Of a stretch of DNA of 64,000 nt, positions 10,327-20,808 are shown piece by piece. Source of the DNA: an uncultured Gemmatimonadales bacterium (GTDB taxonomy: Bacteria > Gemmatimonadota > Gemmatimonadetes > Gemmatimonadales > Gemmatimonadaceae); the NCBI GenBank assembly GCA_963793305.1, contig CAWBZV010000012.1:96001-160000 (forward strand), given 5' to 3'. How positions within the stretch are numbered: position 1 is the stretch's first letter; every line of letters begins with the position of its first letter. The notes under the pieces are model-generated. The model had not been told where the DNA came from, ran no database searches, and was given only the letters and a program-made list of their open reading frames with translations. Both the position numbers and the translations under genes were made by a program.

Positions 10327-12091
10327 ATGGAATCGCCAGAGATCCGCACGCCATCCCTCGGGGCCCCCGACCGGACACTCGCAATATCCGGCCTCGCGGT
10401 CGGCGTCGCGGTGCTCGCCGCCCTCGCCGCCCAATTCCTGACGCGCCTCATCGGGTTCATCACGAATCTCGCGTTCTACCACCACTTCTCGACCACGTTC
10501 AGCTCACCGGCCGACAACCACTTGGGACTCGGCGTCATCTTCGTCCCAATCATCGGCGCCCTGATCGTCGGCCTCATGGCCCGGTTCGGTTCCGAGGCCA
10601 TCCGGGGCCACGGCATCCCGGAAGCGATGGAGCAGGTCCTCCTCAACGAGAGCCGGATCCCGCCTCGCATCACGTTTCTCAAACCCGTCTCCGCCGCCGT
10701 CGCCATCGGCACCGGCGGCCCGTTCGGAGCCGAAGGCCCCATCATCGCCACGGGCGGTGCGCTCGGCTCTCTCATTGGACAGATCCGCCACACGACGGCC
10801 ATCGAGCGCAAAACGCTGCTCGCCGCCGGCGCGGCCGCCGGTATGGCCGCGACGTTCGGCACGCCGGTCTCCGCCGTCTTGCTCGCCATCGAGCTCCTGC
10901 TGTTCGAGTACAGCCCGCGATCGCTCATCCCGGTGGCGCTTGCCTCGGTCACGGCGACCGGCATCCGCGCGGCCTTCATGGGATGGACGCCCATTTTCGC
11001 GATGCCCACCGTGTCGCCGCCCAGTGGAATCGACCTGGCGGTCTATGTGGCACTTGGCTTCGTCATCGGCCTGGCCTCCGTCGGCATTACCCGGGCGCTG
11101 TATGCCATCGAGGACCTGTTCGAGCGGCTGCCCGTCCACTGGATGTGGTGGCCCGCGATCGGCGCCGTCGCCGTCGGCGTTGTCGGCTACTTCGCGCCCC
11201 ACACCCTGGGCGTCGGCTACGACAACATCGATCACATCTTGAGCGGGTCGATCGTGGGGACGGCCCTGATACTCCTCGTCGTCGGCAAGCTGATCTCCTG
11301 GGAGATCGCGCTGGCCAGCGGGACCTCCGGGGGAACCCTCGCGCCGCTCATGACCATCGGCGGCGGACTGGGCGCCCTCGCCGGCGCCTTGGTGCACGTC
11401 GACCCGCGCATGTCGGCCCTCGTCGGCATGGCCGCGATGTTCGCCGGCGCGTCGCATGCCATCCTCGCCTCGGCCGTCTTCGCGTTCGAAGCGACGCGGC
11501 AACCGAATGGCTTGCTGCCGGTGCTCGCCGGATGCGCCACCGCATACCTCGTGTCACTCCGGCTCATGCCGCACTCGATCATGACCGAGAAATTGGCGCG
11601 ACGCGGGACCCGCATCCGACCCGAGATGCACGCCGATCACCTCGACCGCATCCTCGTCCGCGACATCGCGTCGACATCGCCCGTGACGCTACGGGCGGCC
11701 GACGGCGTCGAGGACGTCCGCGATTGGATGGTCGGCCGCGCGGCGGGCTCATCCCACCAGGGGTTCGCCGTCCTGAACGCCAAGGGCGAGATCGTCGGCG
11801 TCGTCACCCGACGCGATCTGCTCGATCTCGAGTTGCCGCTCACCGCGCTCGTCTCCGACCTCATCCGCCGGGCGCCCGTCGTCATCTTCGACGACAACTC
11901 GGCCCGGGAGGCCGCCGATCACATGGTTCGCGAGGAACGTCGGACGCCTCCCCGTCGTCACCCGGGCTGCCCCGCGAACCGTTATCGGCATGGTGTCGCG
12001 CAGCGACCTGCTCGGCGCAACGGGAGCGCGGTCAGACCTTGAAGCGACTCGCGACGGTGCGAAGACGGTGCGCGCTGTCGGCCAGGTGTGA
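10327..12091 (+). CDS. ClC family chloride channel/antiporter with CBS pair; frameshift near 11937
   Basis: [28 protein letters not shown] domains. The corrected frame reads EDVGRLPVV...MVSRSDLL to a TGA at 12091. Confidence 0.88.
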
Positions 12092-13735
12092 CGCCGTAGC
12101 CGCCACTTCCTGAGCCGTAGCCGCCGTCTGCTCGGCGGCCGCCGCGGCGCCCTCGGCGCGTGCGCCCTGCTCGTCCGCCTGCTTGGCGGTCGACTGCACA
12201 CGCGTGATGAGCTGCTCGACGGCCTGACGACTCGTGTCCGCCGCGGAGCCGACGGCGACCGCGATGGCGGCGGTGCCGTCGACCGCGCCGTCGATCGCGG
12301 CCAGGGCGTCGGCGGTGGCCTTGGACACGCGGCCGACATCGCCCAGCTCGGCGACGCTGGTGCGGTAGTTCTTCGACGCCGTGGCGAACTGAACGCGCAT
12401 GCCGTTCACGATGCGGGCGGCCTCACTCGCGGCCGCCGAGCTCTGCGTCGCGAGCTGGCGGACTTCGTTGGCGACGACGCCGAACCCGCGGCCATGATCG
12501 CCGGCGCGCGCGGCCTCGATGGCGGCATTGAGCGCCAGGAGATTCGACTGCTCGGCAATCTCCCGTACGCGATCGACAAATAGCTGCACGGTCTCGGCCG
12601 TGGACCGCAACCCATCAACGCTGTCACCCGACATGTTGATGACCGTCTGCGCGCGCTCGAACGTCTTGACGGCTTCGCCCAGCCCGTCACGGATGCGCGT
12701 GGCCCCCGAGCGCACCCGCTCGCCCATGCTCTTGGCCCGCACCGCCGCGTCATTCAACCCGGCCGTGGACCGCGTGACGTCCTCAATGGCCATCCCCAAT
12801 GCGGCCAGCGCCTCGCGTTGCGCGGTCACGCCGCTCGCGACCTGCTGCACCGCATCGCTGATCTCACCGGTCGACGCCGCGGTCGCCGACGATGCGGCCG
12901 TCAACGATGACGCCGAGTCGGCGACCTCCTGCGCCTCTTGCTGCACCTCCGCGATCGCCTTCCGCAGCCGCGAGGCCGTTTCGGCGAACGCCGCCGCGAA
13001 CTGCGCGTATTCCGTGTCCAGCCCGTCGGGGCGGATCGTCGTCCGGAGATCCCCGTCACCCAAACTGCGCGCCGCAGTGGTCAGCGCATCGAGCGGATGC
13101 GTGACCGCTCGCACCGTCGCCCGCGTGAACACGACGGTCGTGACGAGTCCAATCACGAGCAGCAGCAGCAGGCCGGCGCGCCAGCCAGTGACGAGCCCTT
13201 CGACGTGGTTGAGCGTGGTCGAGGTCCGAAAGTCCTGCGCGCGGGAGATGACGGCCGCTTCATCGAACAGCGTGTCCACCGCGCGCGTGGCCATGGAGGC
13301 TTCCCGGAAGGCATCCGCGGGCCGCCCGATATCCCGATACGCACGCGCGACCGCAAATCGTACCTCGAGATCGCCTTGCAGATCGGCGAGCCGCTCCAGC
13401 GTGACGCGCTCGTCGGTGCCGAGCGACGCGGTCTGCATGAGGGCATCGTGCTCGGTTGCCGCCTGCGCGCTCAGCGTATCCAGGCGCTCGCTCCGCAACG
13501 AGTCGTCGGCATTGGCGGTGGATGCCATGAGACCCGCTTGCGACAGCGCCACGAACCGGAGCGTCGCGTCGCGCACGCGCGAGAGTCGTCCGGTCACCTC
13601 CGTGGCCTGGTGCACGCTCTTGCGAAGATCCGAATGCACGACCTCCAAGGCCGTGATGCCAAGGCCGCCGCACGCGAGCAGCGTGAGCGTGACGGAGCCG
13701 AAGCCCAGGCGGAGCCGATCGCGGACGGCACTCAC
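12032..13735 (-). CDS. methyl-accepting chemotaxis protein (two TM helices, HAMP, MCP signal domain)
   Basis: [62 protein letters not shown] overlap with the upstream gene. Confidence 0.92.
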   Translation of the reverse strand: MSAVRDRLRLGFGSVTLTLLACGGLGITALEVVHSDLRKSVHQATEVTGRLSRVRDATLRFVALSQAGLMASTANADDSLRSERLDTLSAQAATEHDALMQTASLGTDERVTLERLADLQGDLEVRFAVARAYRDIGRPADAFREASMATRAVDTLFDEAAVISRAQDFRTSTTLNHVEGLVTGWRAGLLLLLVIGLVTTVVFTRATVRAVTHPLDALTTAARSLGDGDLRTTIRPDGLDTEYAQFAAAFAETASRLRKAIAEVQQEAQEVADSASSLTAASSATAASTGEISDAVQQVASGVTAQREALAALGMAIEDVTRSTAGLNDAAVRAKSMGERVRSGATRIRDGLGEAVKTFERAQTVINMSGDSVDGLRSTAETVQLFVDRVREIAEQSNLLALNAAIEAARAGDHGRGFGVVANEVRQLATQSSAAASEAARIVNGMRVQFATASKNYRTSVAELGDVGRVSKATADALAAIDGAVDGTAAIAVAVGSAADTSRQAVEQLITRVQSTAKQADEQGARAEGAAAAAEQTAATAQEVAATASHLADSAHRLRTVASRFKV

Positions 13736-14844
13736 GGATGCACGACGCCGATCGCCACGGGCTTCTCGACGGGATCGCCGCTCGACCCGTTGAAGCGGAT
13801 CGTCCCGCTCGCGCCGTCGAGCTCCGGCGCATGCGCGACCCAACTGCGCACGCGAGAGCGATCGGGCCCAACGGCGAATACGGCTTCGGCGATCAGCGTG
13901 GCCGCGTCATACGCGAGCGCCGCTTTCTGATCCGCGACGAGGCCGAATGTCTTCTGGTACTCATCCGCGAACGACTGTGCCACCCTCCCTGACTGCGGGT
14001 CGTAGAACGCGGTGAATCTCAGCCCGGCGAACTCCCGCGCGGTGACTGGATCTGATCCAAAGCTGGCCAGGTCATCGCTGCCGAGGAACTTGGCCCGGCT
14101 CCCGGCCTTGCGTATCGCCCGCAGGATATCCACGGCCTCGTTTGCGCCGCCGGCAATGACCACGGCATCGACGGCGCGCTGCGTCATGCGAATGGCGTAG
14201 GCGTCATACTCGGCAATGCCACGCAAGTACGGATCACGCTCGATAACCGGGACGTGGTGCGCCGTGAGCTCATTCATGAACGCCACCGTGTAGCCGCGTC
14301 CAAAGAGATCGTCGCGATAGATGATCGCCACGCGCTTGGCGTGCAGGGACTCTGCGGCAAACCGAGCCAGGGCACGGGCCGCATCGTCATCCGTCGGACA
14401 GACGCGGAACACCCAACTCGTGGTTTTCGTGACGCGAGGATTGGTGGCCGTGGGCGTGATGTCGATCAGCGCATGGCGACCGTTATGCTCCGCGTCAGCA
14501 TAGATCGGCGCGGCCGCGATCGTTGCGGCGCTGCCAGTATGGCCGACGACGCCGATGATCTTGGGGTCGTCGCGAAACGACGCCGCAATGAGCACATCGC
14601 TCGCACCCTTCGACGGCAACCGGACCGCGAGGGGGAGGGCGCCGTGGGGGCGCATCGCATTCAGCTTGTCGAGCGCCAGCTTGACGCCGTTCGCGTAACC
14701 CCGCGTATCGATTCCGCTATCGGTGCTGAACGCGACGCCAACATACAGGCTATCAGCGCCCCCGTTGAGCGTAGCGGCGGGAGCGCTGGAACATGCGGCC
14801 ATTACTGTTGTCAGGAGAACGACCCCGAGCGGCCGTGCTGGCAT
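13732..14844 (-). CDS. LivJ/LivK-like branched-chain amino acid substrate-binding lipoprotein
   Basis: Lipobox [50 protein letters not shown]. Confidence 0.88.
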   Translation of the reverse strand: MPARPLGVVLLTTVMAACSSAPAATLNGGADSLYVGVAFSTDSGIDTRGYANGVKLALDKLNAMRPHGALPLAVRLPSKGASDVLIAASFRDDPKIIGVVGHTGSAATIAAAPIYADAEHNGRHALIDITPTATNPRVTKTTSWVFRVCPTDDDAARALARFAAESLHAKRVAIIYRDDLFGRGYTVAFMNELTAHHVPVIERDPYLRGIAEYDAYAIRMTQRAVDAVVIAGGANEAVDILRAIRKAGSRAKFLGSDDLASFGSDPVTAREFAGLRFTAFYDPQSGRVAQSFADEYQKTFGLVADQKAALAYDAATLIAEAVFAVGPDRSRVRSWVAHAPELDGASGTIRFNGSSGDPVEKPVAIGVVHP

Positions 14845-14923
14845 GCCCGAAAGACGGCACCATCCTTATAGAGGTCACTATAAAGAAAGGAACTCGCTTG
14901 GGCTCGCTCGGCCTAATAAGTCG

Positions 14924-15538
14924 GTGCAGAAGACCCTAGGGCTGTTTCTGCTGGCCGGAACCGCGCTGCTCGGCGTGGGTGCGCTGTTACATCCAATGCT
15001 GACCGGGGATGCCGGGGCCGAGCTGACGACGATCGCCGCATCGCCCCACTTCCGGGCCATTCACCTGGCGATGCTCGCCGGATCGGCGCTGATCATCGCC
15101 GGGGTGTGGGTCCGTGCCCTTGCCTCCGGTCCAGGCGAAGCTCTTCGCTTTGGGATCGCGTTCGGCCTCATCGATCTCGGGCTCGCCCTCAACGCGTACG
15201 ACATCTCATTTATGGCAAGGGCCGGGACGCGACTGGCGGCAGCGTACGCCACAGGCAGTGGGACCGCCGCTCCTCTGTTCGATTCTATACACGACGTTGG
15301 TTTGACTTATGCACTGTTCGGTAACGTGATCGTTGCCTTGGGAGCGCTCGTGCTAGGCGTTGCCGAGTGGCAGACACGCAGGATATCCGCGGCGCTCGCG
15401 TTGGTCGCCGCGGCCGGTGGGCTCATCGGGGTGGCCTGTCCCGAAACGAGCCTCCTCATCCTCGCCCCTATCGCGCTACTCTCGGCCTGGCAGGTCGTGA
15501 CCGGCCTCGCGGCGCTCAATATCTTACATACAAGATGA
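14924..15538 (+). CDS. hypothetical multi-pass membrane protein
   Basis: About six hydrophobic segments; stop overlaps the glycosyltransferase ATG. Confidence 0.6.
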   Translation: MQKTLGLFLLAGTALLGVGALLHPMLTGDAGAELTTIAASPHFRAIHLAMLAGSALIIAGVWVRALASGPGEALRFGIAFGLIDLGLALNAYDISFMARAGTRLAAAYATGSGTAAPLFDSIHDVGLTYALFGNVIVALGALVLGVAEWQTRRISAALALVAAAGGLIGVACPETSLLILAPIALLSAWQVVTGLAALNILHTR

Positions 15539-16692
15539 TAGAGATAGATCTGAGGCTCGCGCTGTTTTGCGACAGCTATCTGCCGCAGCTCAATGGCGTG
15601 TCGCTGCTGCTCGAACGGCTCGTGGACGCCGTTCGCGATCGCGGCGGCGCGGTCCGCGTCTTCACGACCACGGATCCGCACGCGACCTACGATCCCGAGA
15701 TCCGCCGGTGGCCGAGCGTACCCCTGTGGCTCTATCCGGAGCATCGCCTCGCGTTGCCGACACCCGCGAGCATCAAGCGCGAGCTCAATGCGTGGCGGCC
15801 GACGATCGTGCACGCCGCGAGCCCGTTTGGACTCGGCCTCGCCGCCCGCCGTGGAGCGCGCGCGCTTGGCATTCCATTCGTGTCATCGTATCACACGAGT
15901 TGGAGCGCCTACACCAAGTTCTACGGCCTCGGATTCTTGAGCAACTTCGCGTGGCGGTATCTCCGCTGGTTCCACAACAGCGGGGATCGGACGTACGCGC
16001 CGACCGAAGCCACGCGCCAGGAGCTCGAGCTCCATGGCGTGCGCCGCACGGCGATCTGGTCTCGCGGCGTCGACACCGTGCGCTTCACTCCGTCCGCCCG
16101 CTCGGCCGCCCTGCGTGCGCGCTTCGGCGCGAGCGACAACACGGTCGTGTGTGCATACGTCGGCCGGCTCGGCGCCGAGAAGGGCCTGGCGGTTGCCATG
16201 GAAGGCATGCACCGCGTGGTCGCGCGCGCTGGCGCGAACGTCGTCTGTGCGATCGCGGGCGATGGGCCCTACGAGGCCGAGTGTCGTCGGCTCGCGCCAC
16301 CGGGGACGATTTTCATGGGACGCCTCTGCGGGCGCGAGCTCACCGAATTCTACGCGTCGTCCGATGTGTTCATCTTCCCGTCGGCGACCGACACGTTCGG
16401 CAATGTCATCCTCGAGGCGATGGCGTCCGGGTTGCCCGTGGTTGGTGCCGATGTGGGGCCCACCCGTGAGCTGTTGTCGAACACCCGCGGACTGACCTTC
16501 CCCCAGGGCAACGCCGAGATGTTCGGCGACCAGGTGCTGGCGTTGGTCCTCGATCGCGCGCGGCGCGTGGTGCTGGCGCGCGAGGCGCTCGCGTTCGCGC
16601 GCACGCGGACGTGGGATGCGATCTTCGATGAGCTCTTTGCCGACTACGCCCGCTTGAGCGGCAGCGCGCCGGCCGCGGTGGCAGTGGCCTAG
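15535..16692 (+). CDS. glycosyltransferase family 4 (GT-B, PimB/MgtA-like)
   Basis: DSYLPQLNGVS, SSYHT, WSRGVD, YVGRLGAEKG, FPSATDTFGNVILEAMASGLPVV. Confidence 0.92.
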   Translation: MIEIDLRLALFCDSYLPQLNGVSLLLERLVDAVRDRGGAVRVFTTTDPHATYDPEIRRWPSVPLWLYPEHRLALPTPASIKRELNAWRPTIVHAASPFGLGLAARRGARALGIPFVSSYHTSWSAYTKFYGLGFLSNFAWRYLRWFHNSGDRTYAPTEATRQELELHGVRRTAIWSRGVDTVRFTPSARSAALRARFGASDNTVVCAYVGRLGAEKGLAVAMEGMHRVVARAGANVVCAIAGDGPYEAECRRLAPPGTIFMGRLCGRELTEFYASSDVFIFPSATDTFGNVILEAMASGLPVVGADVGPTRELLSNTRGLTFPQGNAEMFGDQVLALVLDRARRVVLAREALAFARTRTWDAIFDELFADYARLSGSAPAAVAVA

Positions 16693-16695
16693 GAC

Positions 16696-17361
16696 CTAGG
16701 CTGCCTGGTCCGCCTCGGCCAGAATCGCCGCGGCGACTTCGAGAATATCCCGGCCGTCTTCGTCGGCTTCCTCTTCCATCAATTTCAGGGCATCGGCCGG
16801 CGTGAGACGCGTGCGCGCGACGATCTGTGCCACGGCGCGCTCGACAACGATCTCGCGCGACTCGGGCTCGGTCGGCTCGACGGTGACATCCACCAGCGGG
16901 AGATCGTTGTCCGGGATTTCCCGGACGGTGTCGACCGCCTCATCGACTGCATCGACTGCGTCGTCGGCAACGACGGCATCATCGGCCATCGCTCGCGCGG
17001 TGGCGACGATCTCTTGGACATCCGCATCGAGATCGCCATCGACGGTGCTGGCGGAGATGAGCGCCACCGGCCCCCAGTTGGGCCGCGCGGCGCGGTCGGC
17101 GAGCGCCGGATGTGTCGAGAGCACGAGGGCAGCGGTGCCGGCACGCGCGCGCGTCACGCTGATCGCGCCGTGCACACCCGCGCCGTCGCTCAAGTGCACA
17201 TCGAAGAGGACGGCATCGGGCTCGGTCGTCGACACCGCGTCGACCGCCTCGCGAATCGTCGTGACCTGCGCGACAACGTCATAGCCCAGCGCGGCGAGGC
17301 GCTGGGACATGGCACGCGTACGAATCATGGCGGACTGCGCGACGACAACCCGTAACGACAC
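16696..17361 (-). CDS. degenerate REC plus ANTAR-like protein
   Basis: REC-like N-terminus (LGYDVVAQ...PDAVLFDVHL); C-terminal IVVERAVAQIV...DALKLM...ILEVAAAIL follows ANTAR spacing. AGGAGG SD upstream. Confidence 0.6.
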   Translation of the reverse strand: MSLRVVVAQSAMIRTRAMSQRLAALGYDVVAQVTTIREAVDAVSTTEPDAVLFDVHLSDGAGVHGAISVTRARAGTAALVLSTHPALADRAARPNWGPVALISASTVDGDLDADVQEIVATARAMADDAVVADDAVDAVDEAVDTVREIPDNDLPLVDVTVEPTEPESREIVVERAVAQIVARTRLTPADALKLMEEEADEDGRDILEVAAAILAEADQAA

Positions 17362-17467
17362 TGATCCTCCTAAGATCGTGCCACAACTTAGTCAGTCAGA
17401 AAGTCGCAGGCCGTGACTGACATCACTATGACGATTGAAAGGCCCGAAAGTCTTGCGGCGTTGGCTC

Positions 17468-18995
17468 TTAAATGCTGTTCGTCGGAGGGGCCAGGGCGTC
17501 GAGCGCCTTCTCGTCATTGCGCTCCATCGCGACTTCGGCGTCGAGATTGATACGGTCTTCGTCGAGTGTCGCGAATCCGACGGTCTTGCCGGCCCGATAG
17601 ACCACCGCCGCCTGATGCGCCGCGAGGTCGCCGGCGATGGTGACGTGCTGCCAGGGCAACGAGAAGCCGAGATAGCGGATCGTCATGTCGTAGTGCTGGC
17701 TCCAGAAGAACGGAACCATATCGCATCGTTGCGCGAGGCCCAGCACGTTCTCCGCCGCGATCTGGCCTTGTCGCTCGGCGACGACCCAGTGCTCGATACG
17801 AAGCCGATGCCCCGTGTGCGGATCGGGCCACCGCGCAATGTCGCCGGCGGCCCAGACACCCGCGCGGCTCGTCTCCAGGTACTCATTCACCAGGACGCCA
17901 TTGTCGACGGCGAGACCCGCGGCTTGCGCGAGTGCGATGCGCGGCTTGACGCCGATGCCGGCGATCACGAGATCGGCGTCGATCGTCGAGCCATCGCGGA
18001 GTGTCACCGTGCCCGGCTCGATGCGCGCGACCTCGGCGCCCATGTGGAAGCGCACGCCGTGCTGCTCGTGCAGCGAGCGGATCATGCCCGAGACGCGTGG
18101 GTCGAGAACGCGCTCGAGTGGGCGGTTCTCCATCGACACCACGTCGACCGCCACCCCTCTCGTGCGAAGCGATGCGGCAACTTCGAGACCGATAAAGCTT
18201 GACCCAATCACCACCGCCCCCTTCGCATGCTCGGCTCTGGCGATGATCGCGTTGGCATCGGCGAACGAACGCAGCACGAGCGCGCCCGGCACGTTGAGGT
18301 GATTCGGCTCGCTGCCCATTGCCAAAATCAGCGCGTCGTATGGCACGGTATTGCCATCGTCCAACACCACGTGCTTGGTGTTCAGGTCGAGACTTTTCGC
18401 GCGGGTCCGCCGGATAACAATGCCATGCTCTGGATAGAATCCCTCTGGCCGCAACGGGATCCACTCGGGCTGCGCGCTGCCCGCCAGGTAGTCTTTTGAT
18501 AAGTTCGGGCGGTCGACCGGCGCCGATGGATCTTCATCGATCATCGTGATCGGGCCGACATAGCCGCGACGGCGGAGCATCTCGGCGGCGGCTGTGCCTG
18601 CGGCGCCCGCGCCGATTATGACAACACTGCGGGGCGCGACCGGGCCTCGATTGGTCGGCGCGAGCGGGTCCGGATCGTTTTTCTTGGCACCGACATACAC
18701 GCGATCTCCACGGCGCTCGACGGACCAGCACGGGAGCGGATTGAGCGCGGGTGCGCGGAGCGCCTCGCCGGTCTCGAGATCGAAGCACGCGTGATGCCAC
18801 GGACAGCGCACGGTACTGCCGACGATCGAGACCCTCGGCGAGTGGCCCGCTGTAGTGCGTGCATGCCGCGCCTACGGCGAACGCTTCGTTGCCCACTCGC
18901 ACGACGAGGACGTCGTCGCCGTCGGCCTTGCCGAGGACGGAGGCTCCGTCAGCCAGGTCCGCCCATGAGATCCCGTCTTTGCGCAGATCTGTCAT
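17468..18995 (-). CDS. Rieske [2Fe-2S] plus FAD-dependent reductase (AIF-like); frameshift near 18828
   Basis: CTHYSGPL...RCPWHHACF, IIGAGAAG, RPNLSKDYL, GSSFIGLE, WAAGDIA, RIEHW, PFFWSQHY. Confidence 0.9.
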
Positions 18996-19813
18996 CTCAC
19001 AATCACCAGAAGAGCGATGGCAGTAAGTAACAGAACGATGGCTCCGATGGTAATAAGCCGGCGCCGGGAGGATCGAGCTGGGACGGGCGCCGAGTGGACG
19101 CCGTATGGCAGGCTGCCGCGGCGCAACGAGTCCGCGAGCATCCCAATGCCGGGATCCGGGGCGGCCCCGAGGGCATCGGCGACGCGGCCATCGTACGAGT
19201 TGGCGAGGTCGATAGCCGCGGCCCGCTCCCCGCTGCCCGCGAGGGCAAGCATGAGCCCGGTCGTCGCCCGGGCGCTCAGCGGATCTGCCTCGACGAGCCG
19301 CTGCCACCAAGCGATCGACTCCGCCGGTTTCCCCTGAGCCTCGGCCTCGATCGCCAACTGTTCCAGGACTTCGGCGTAGATCCGCGCGCACCGGACCCGC
19401 TCATCCTCGACCCATCGGACGAAGGCCGGCGCCCGGTCGACAGTCAGTCCGTGCAGGAACGGCCCGTTATAGAGGGCGATGGCGTCCCGCCAGGCCTTAG
19501 CCTCGACCGACCGGTCGAACTCCGGGAGGTCCAAGCTGAGGCAGGCAGGGTTGAGGGACAGGGTCGTCGCCGTGGCCACGATGGCGTCCGGCCCAAGTGT
19601 CCTCCTGGCAGCCGACAACGCCTGATCGAGCGAGTTCCGCCCGCCCTGCCGGTCGGGCCAGAAGTTCTCGATCAGGCGCTCCCGGCTTGTCCCGGCAGGG
19701 CCTTGGGCACCGAGAAACACGAGGAGCGCCAGTTGACGGCGCTGTATCGACGGATCTTGGACCGGAGCTCCGTCTCGCCAGAGCGCCAGGCCTCCGAACG
19801 TGATTAGACGCAC
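18992..19813 (-). CDS. SARP-family regulator (wHTH plus BTAD) with C-terminal TM helix
   Basis: RLITFGGLAL, SRERLIENFWPD, ALYNGPFLHG, FVRWVEDER, DPLSARATTGLM; hydrophobic C-terminus. Confidence 0.85.
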   Translation of the reverse strand: MRLITFGGLALWRDGAPVQDPSIQRRQLALLVFLGAQGPAGTSRERLIENFWPDRQGGRNSLDQALSAARRTLGPDAIVATATTLSLNPACLSLDLPEFDRSVEAKAWRDAIALYNGPFLHGLTVDRAPAFVRWVEDERVRCARIYAEVLEQLAIEAEAQGKPAESIAWWQRLVEADPLSARATTGLMLALAGSGERAAAIDLANSYDGRVADALGAAPDPGIGMLADSLRRGSLPYGVHSAPVPARSSRRRLITIGAIVLLLTAIALLVIVR

Positions 19814-19821
19814 CTAACGCA

Positions 19822-19850
19822 AATTCAGGTTGAATTCAGAACCGTTTGAG
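19822..19850 (+). promoter_or_regulatory. phased heptamer direct repeats, candidate SARP binding site
   Basis: AATTCAG at 19822 and 19833 (11-nt period) and a weaker GTTTGAG at 19844, between the SARP gene and the divergent gene. Confidence 0.45.
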
Positions 19851-19883
19851 CAGCCTTTGGGCTGCTAATCCTAAAGTCATCAC

Positions 19884-20359
19884 ATGTCAGACGAAACGGT
19901 CATCACTGGGAAAGTGGTATGGGCCACGGACGGATCAGGCGTTCCGGGCGCCATCCTCTCGATCTACACGCTCATTCCCGCGGGACTCGTTGGCCGCACC
20001 GAGGCCAACGAGCATGGCGATTACTGGATGAAGGCCGAATGCATTGGACTCGGGCGTTCGACCTCTACGTCGTTGTGCTGAATAGCCGTGGGGAGCTTCT
20101 GCAGGTGGTGCGCGAAGGCTCACGCTGGCTCACCGGGAGCCGAACGCGGTTGGACGTGACGGTCACCGGGCGGTGGCGTTCGTCGGGTCCTCGGCGAACC
20201 GGCCAGCAGCAGCAGGCCGCGGAAAACGCCGGCGACGTCGTGCCGACTACGAAGTTGCTCGTGCCAACGCCGTATTGGCCGAAGAAGGGACCACCCGAGT
20301 TTCTCGGGGGCGGTCGTGGAGTCCGCCGCCGGATCTCTAACGGAGACAGGCAATCATGA
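19884..20359 (+). CDS. hypothetical protein with carboxypeptidase-regulatory/transthyretin-like beta domain; frameshift near 20052
   Basis: ITGKVV...GSGVPGA...TEANEHGDY continues as FDLYVVVLNSRGELL in the next frame. Confidence 0.45.
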
Positions 20360-20808
20360 GCGCTCGGATCATCATTGGGCTGGCCGCCAATGAGCGGGCA
20401 GCCGGCCAGATCCAGGATGCGGCGGTGCTGTCGGGTGAGCTCACGGCGTGCTCGCGCGTCGAGGAGCTGGTGGAGTCGGTGACGAGTACGCCGAACGTCG
20501 TCGCCGTAATCACCGAGTTGTGGGACGTCGATGGCCATCCAATGGCGCCGGCGGTGCGCCGGCTGCGTCATTGGCGCGCCACGTTGCCGGTCATCGCGTT
20601 CTGTCGGCTCACGCCGCGCACGGCGCGGGAGATCGTGACGATGGCGGCGGCGGGGGTCTCAGCCATCGCCATTCGGGATCACGAAGATCTCGGCGATCTC
20701 TTGCGGAGCGTGATCGACCCGAAGCTTTACCAGCGGCGATCGGTTTCCAGCATGGTGCGGACGGCCAATGCATCGACCGCCGGGGAGAACAAATATCCCT
20801 GGCCGTAG
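20356..20808 (+). CDS. hypothetical receiver-like domain protein
   Basis: VVAVITELWD, LPVIAFC, AAAGVSAI pattern of an atypical REC fold; ATGA overlap with the upstream gene. Confidence 0.5.
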   Translation: MSARIIIGLAANERAAGQIQDAAVLSGELTACSRVEELVESVTSTPNVVAVITELWDVDGHPMAPAVRRLRHWRATLPVIAFCRLTPRTAREIVTMAAAGVSAIAIRDHEDLGDLLRSVIDPKLYQRRSVSSMVRTANASTAGENKYPWP

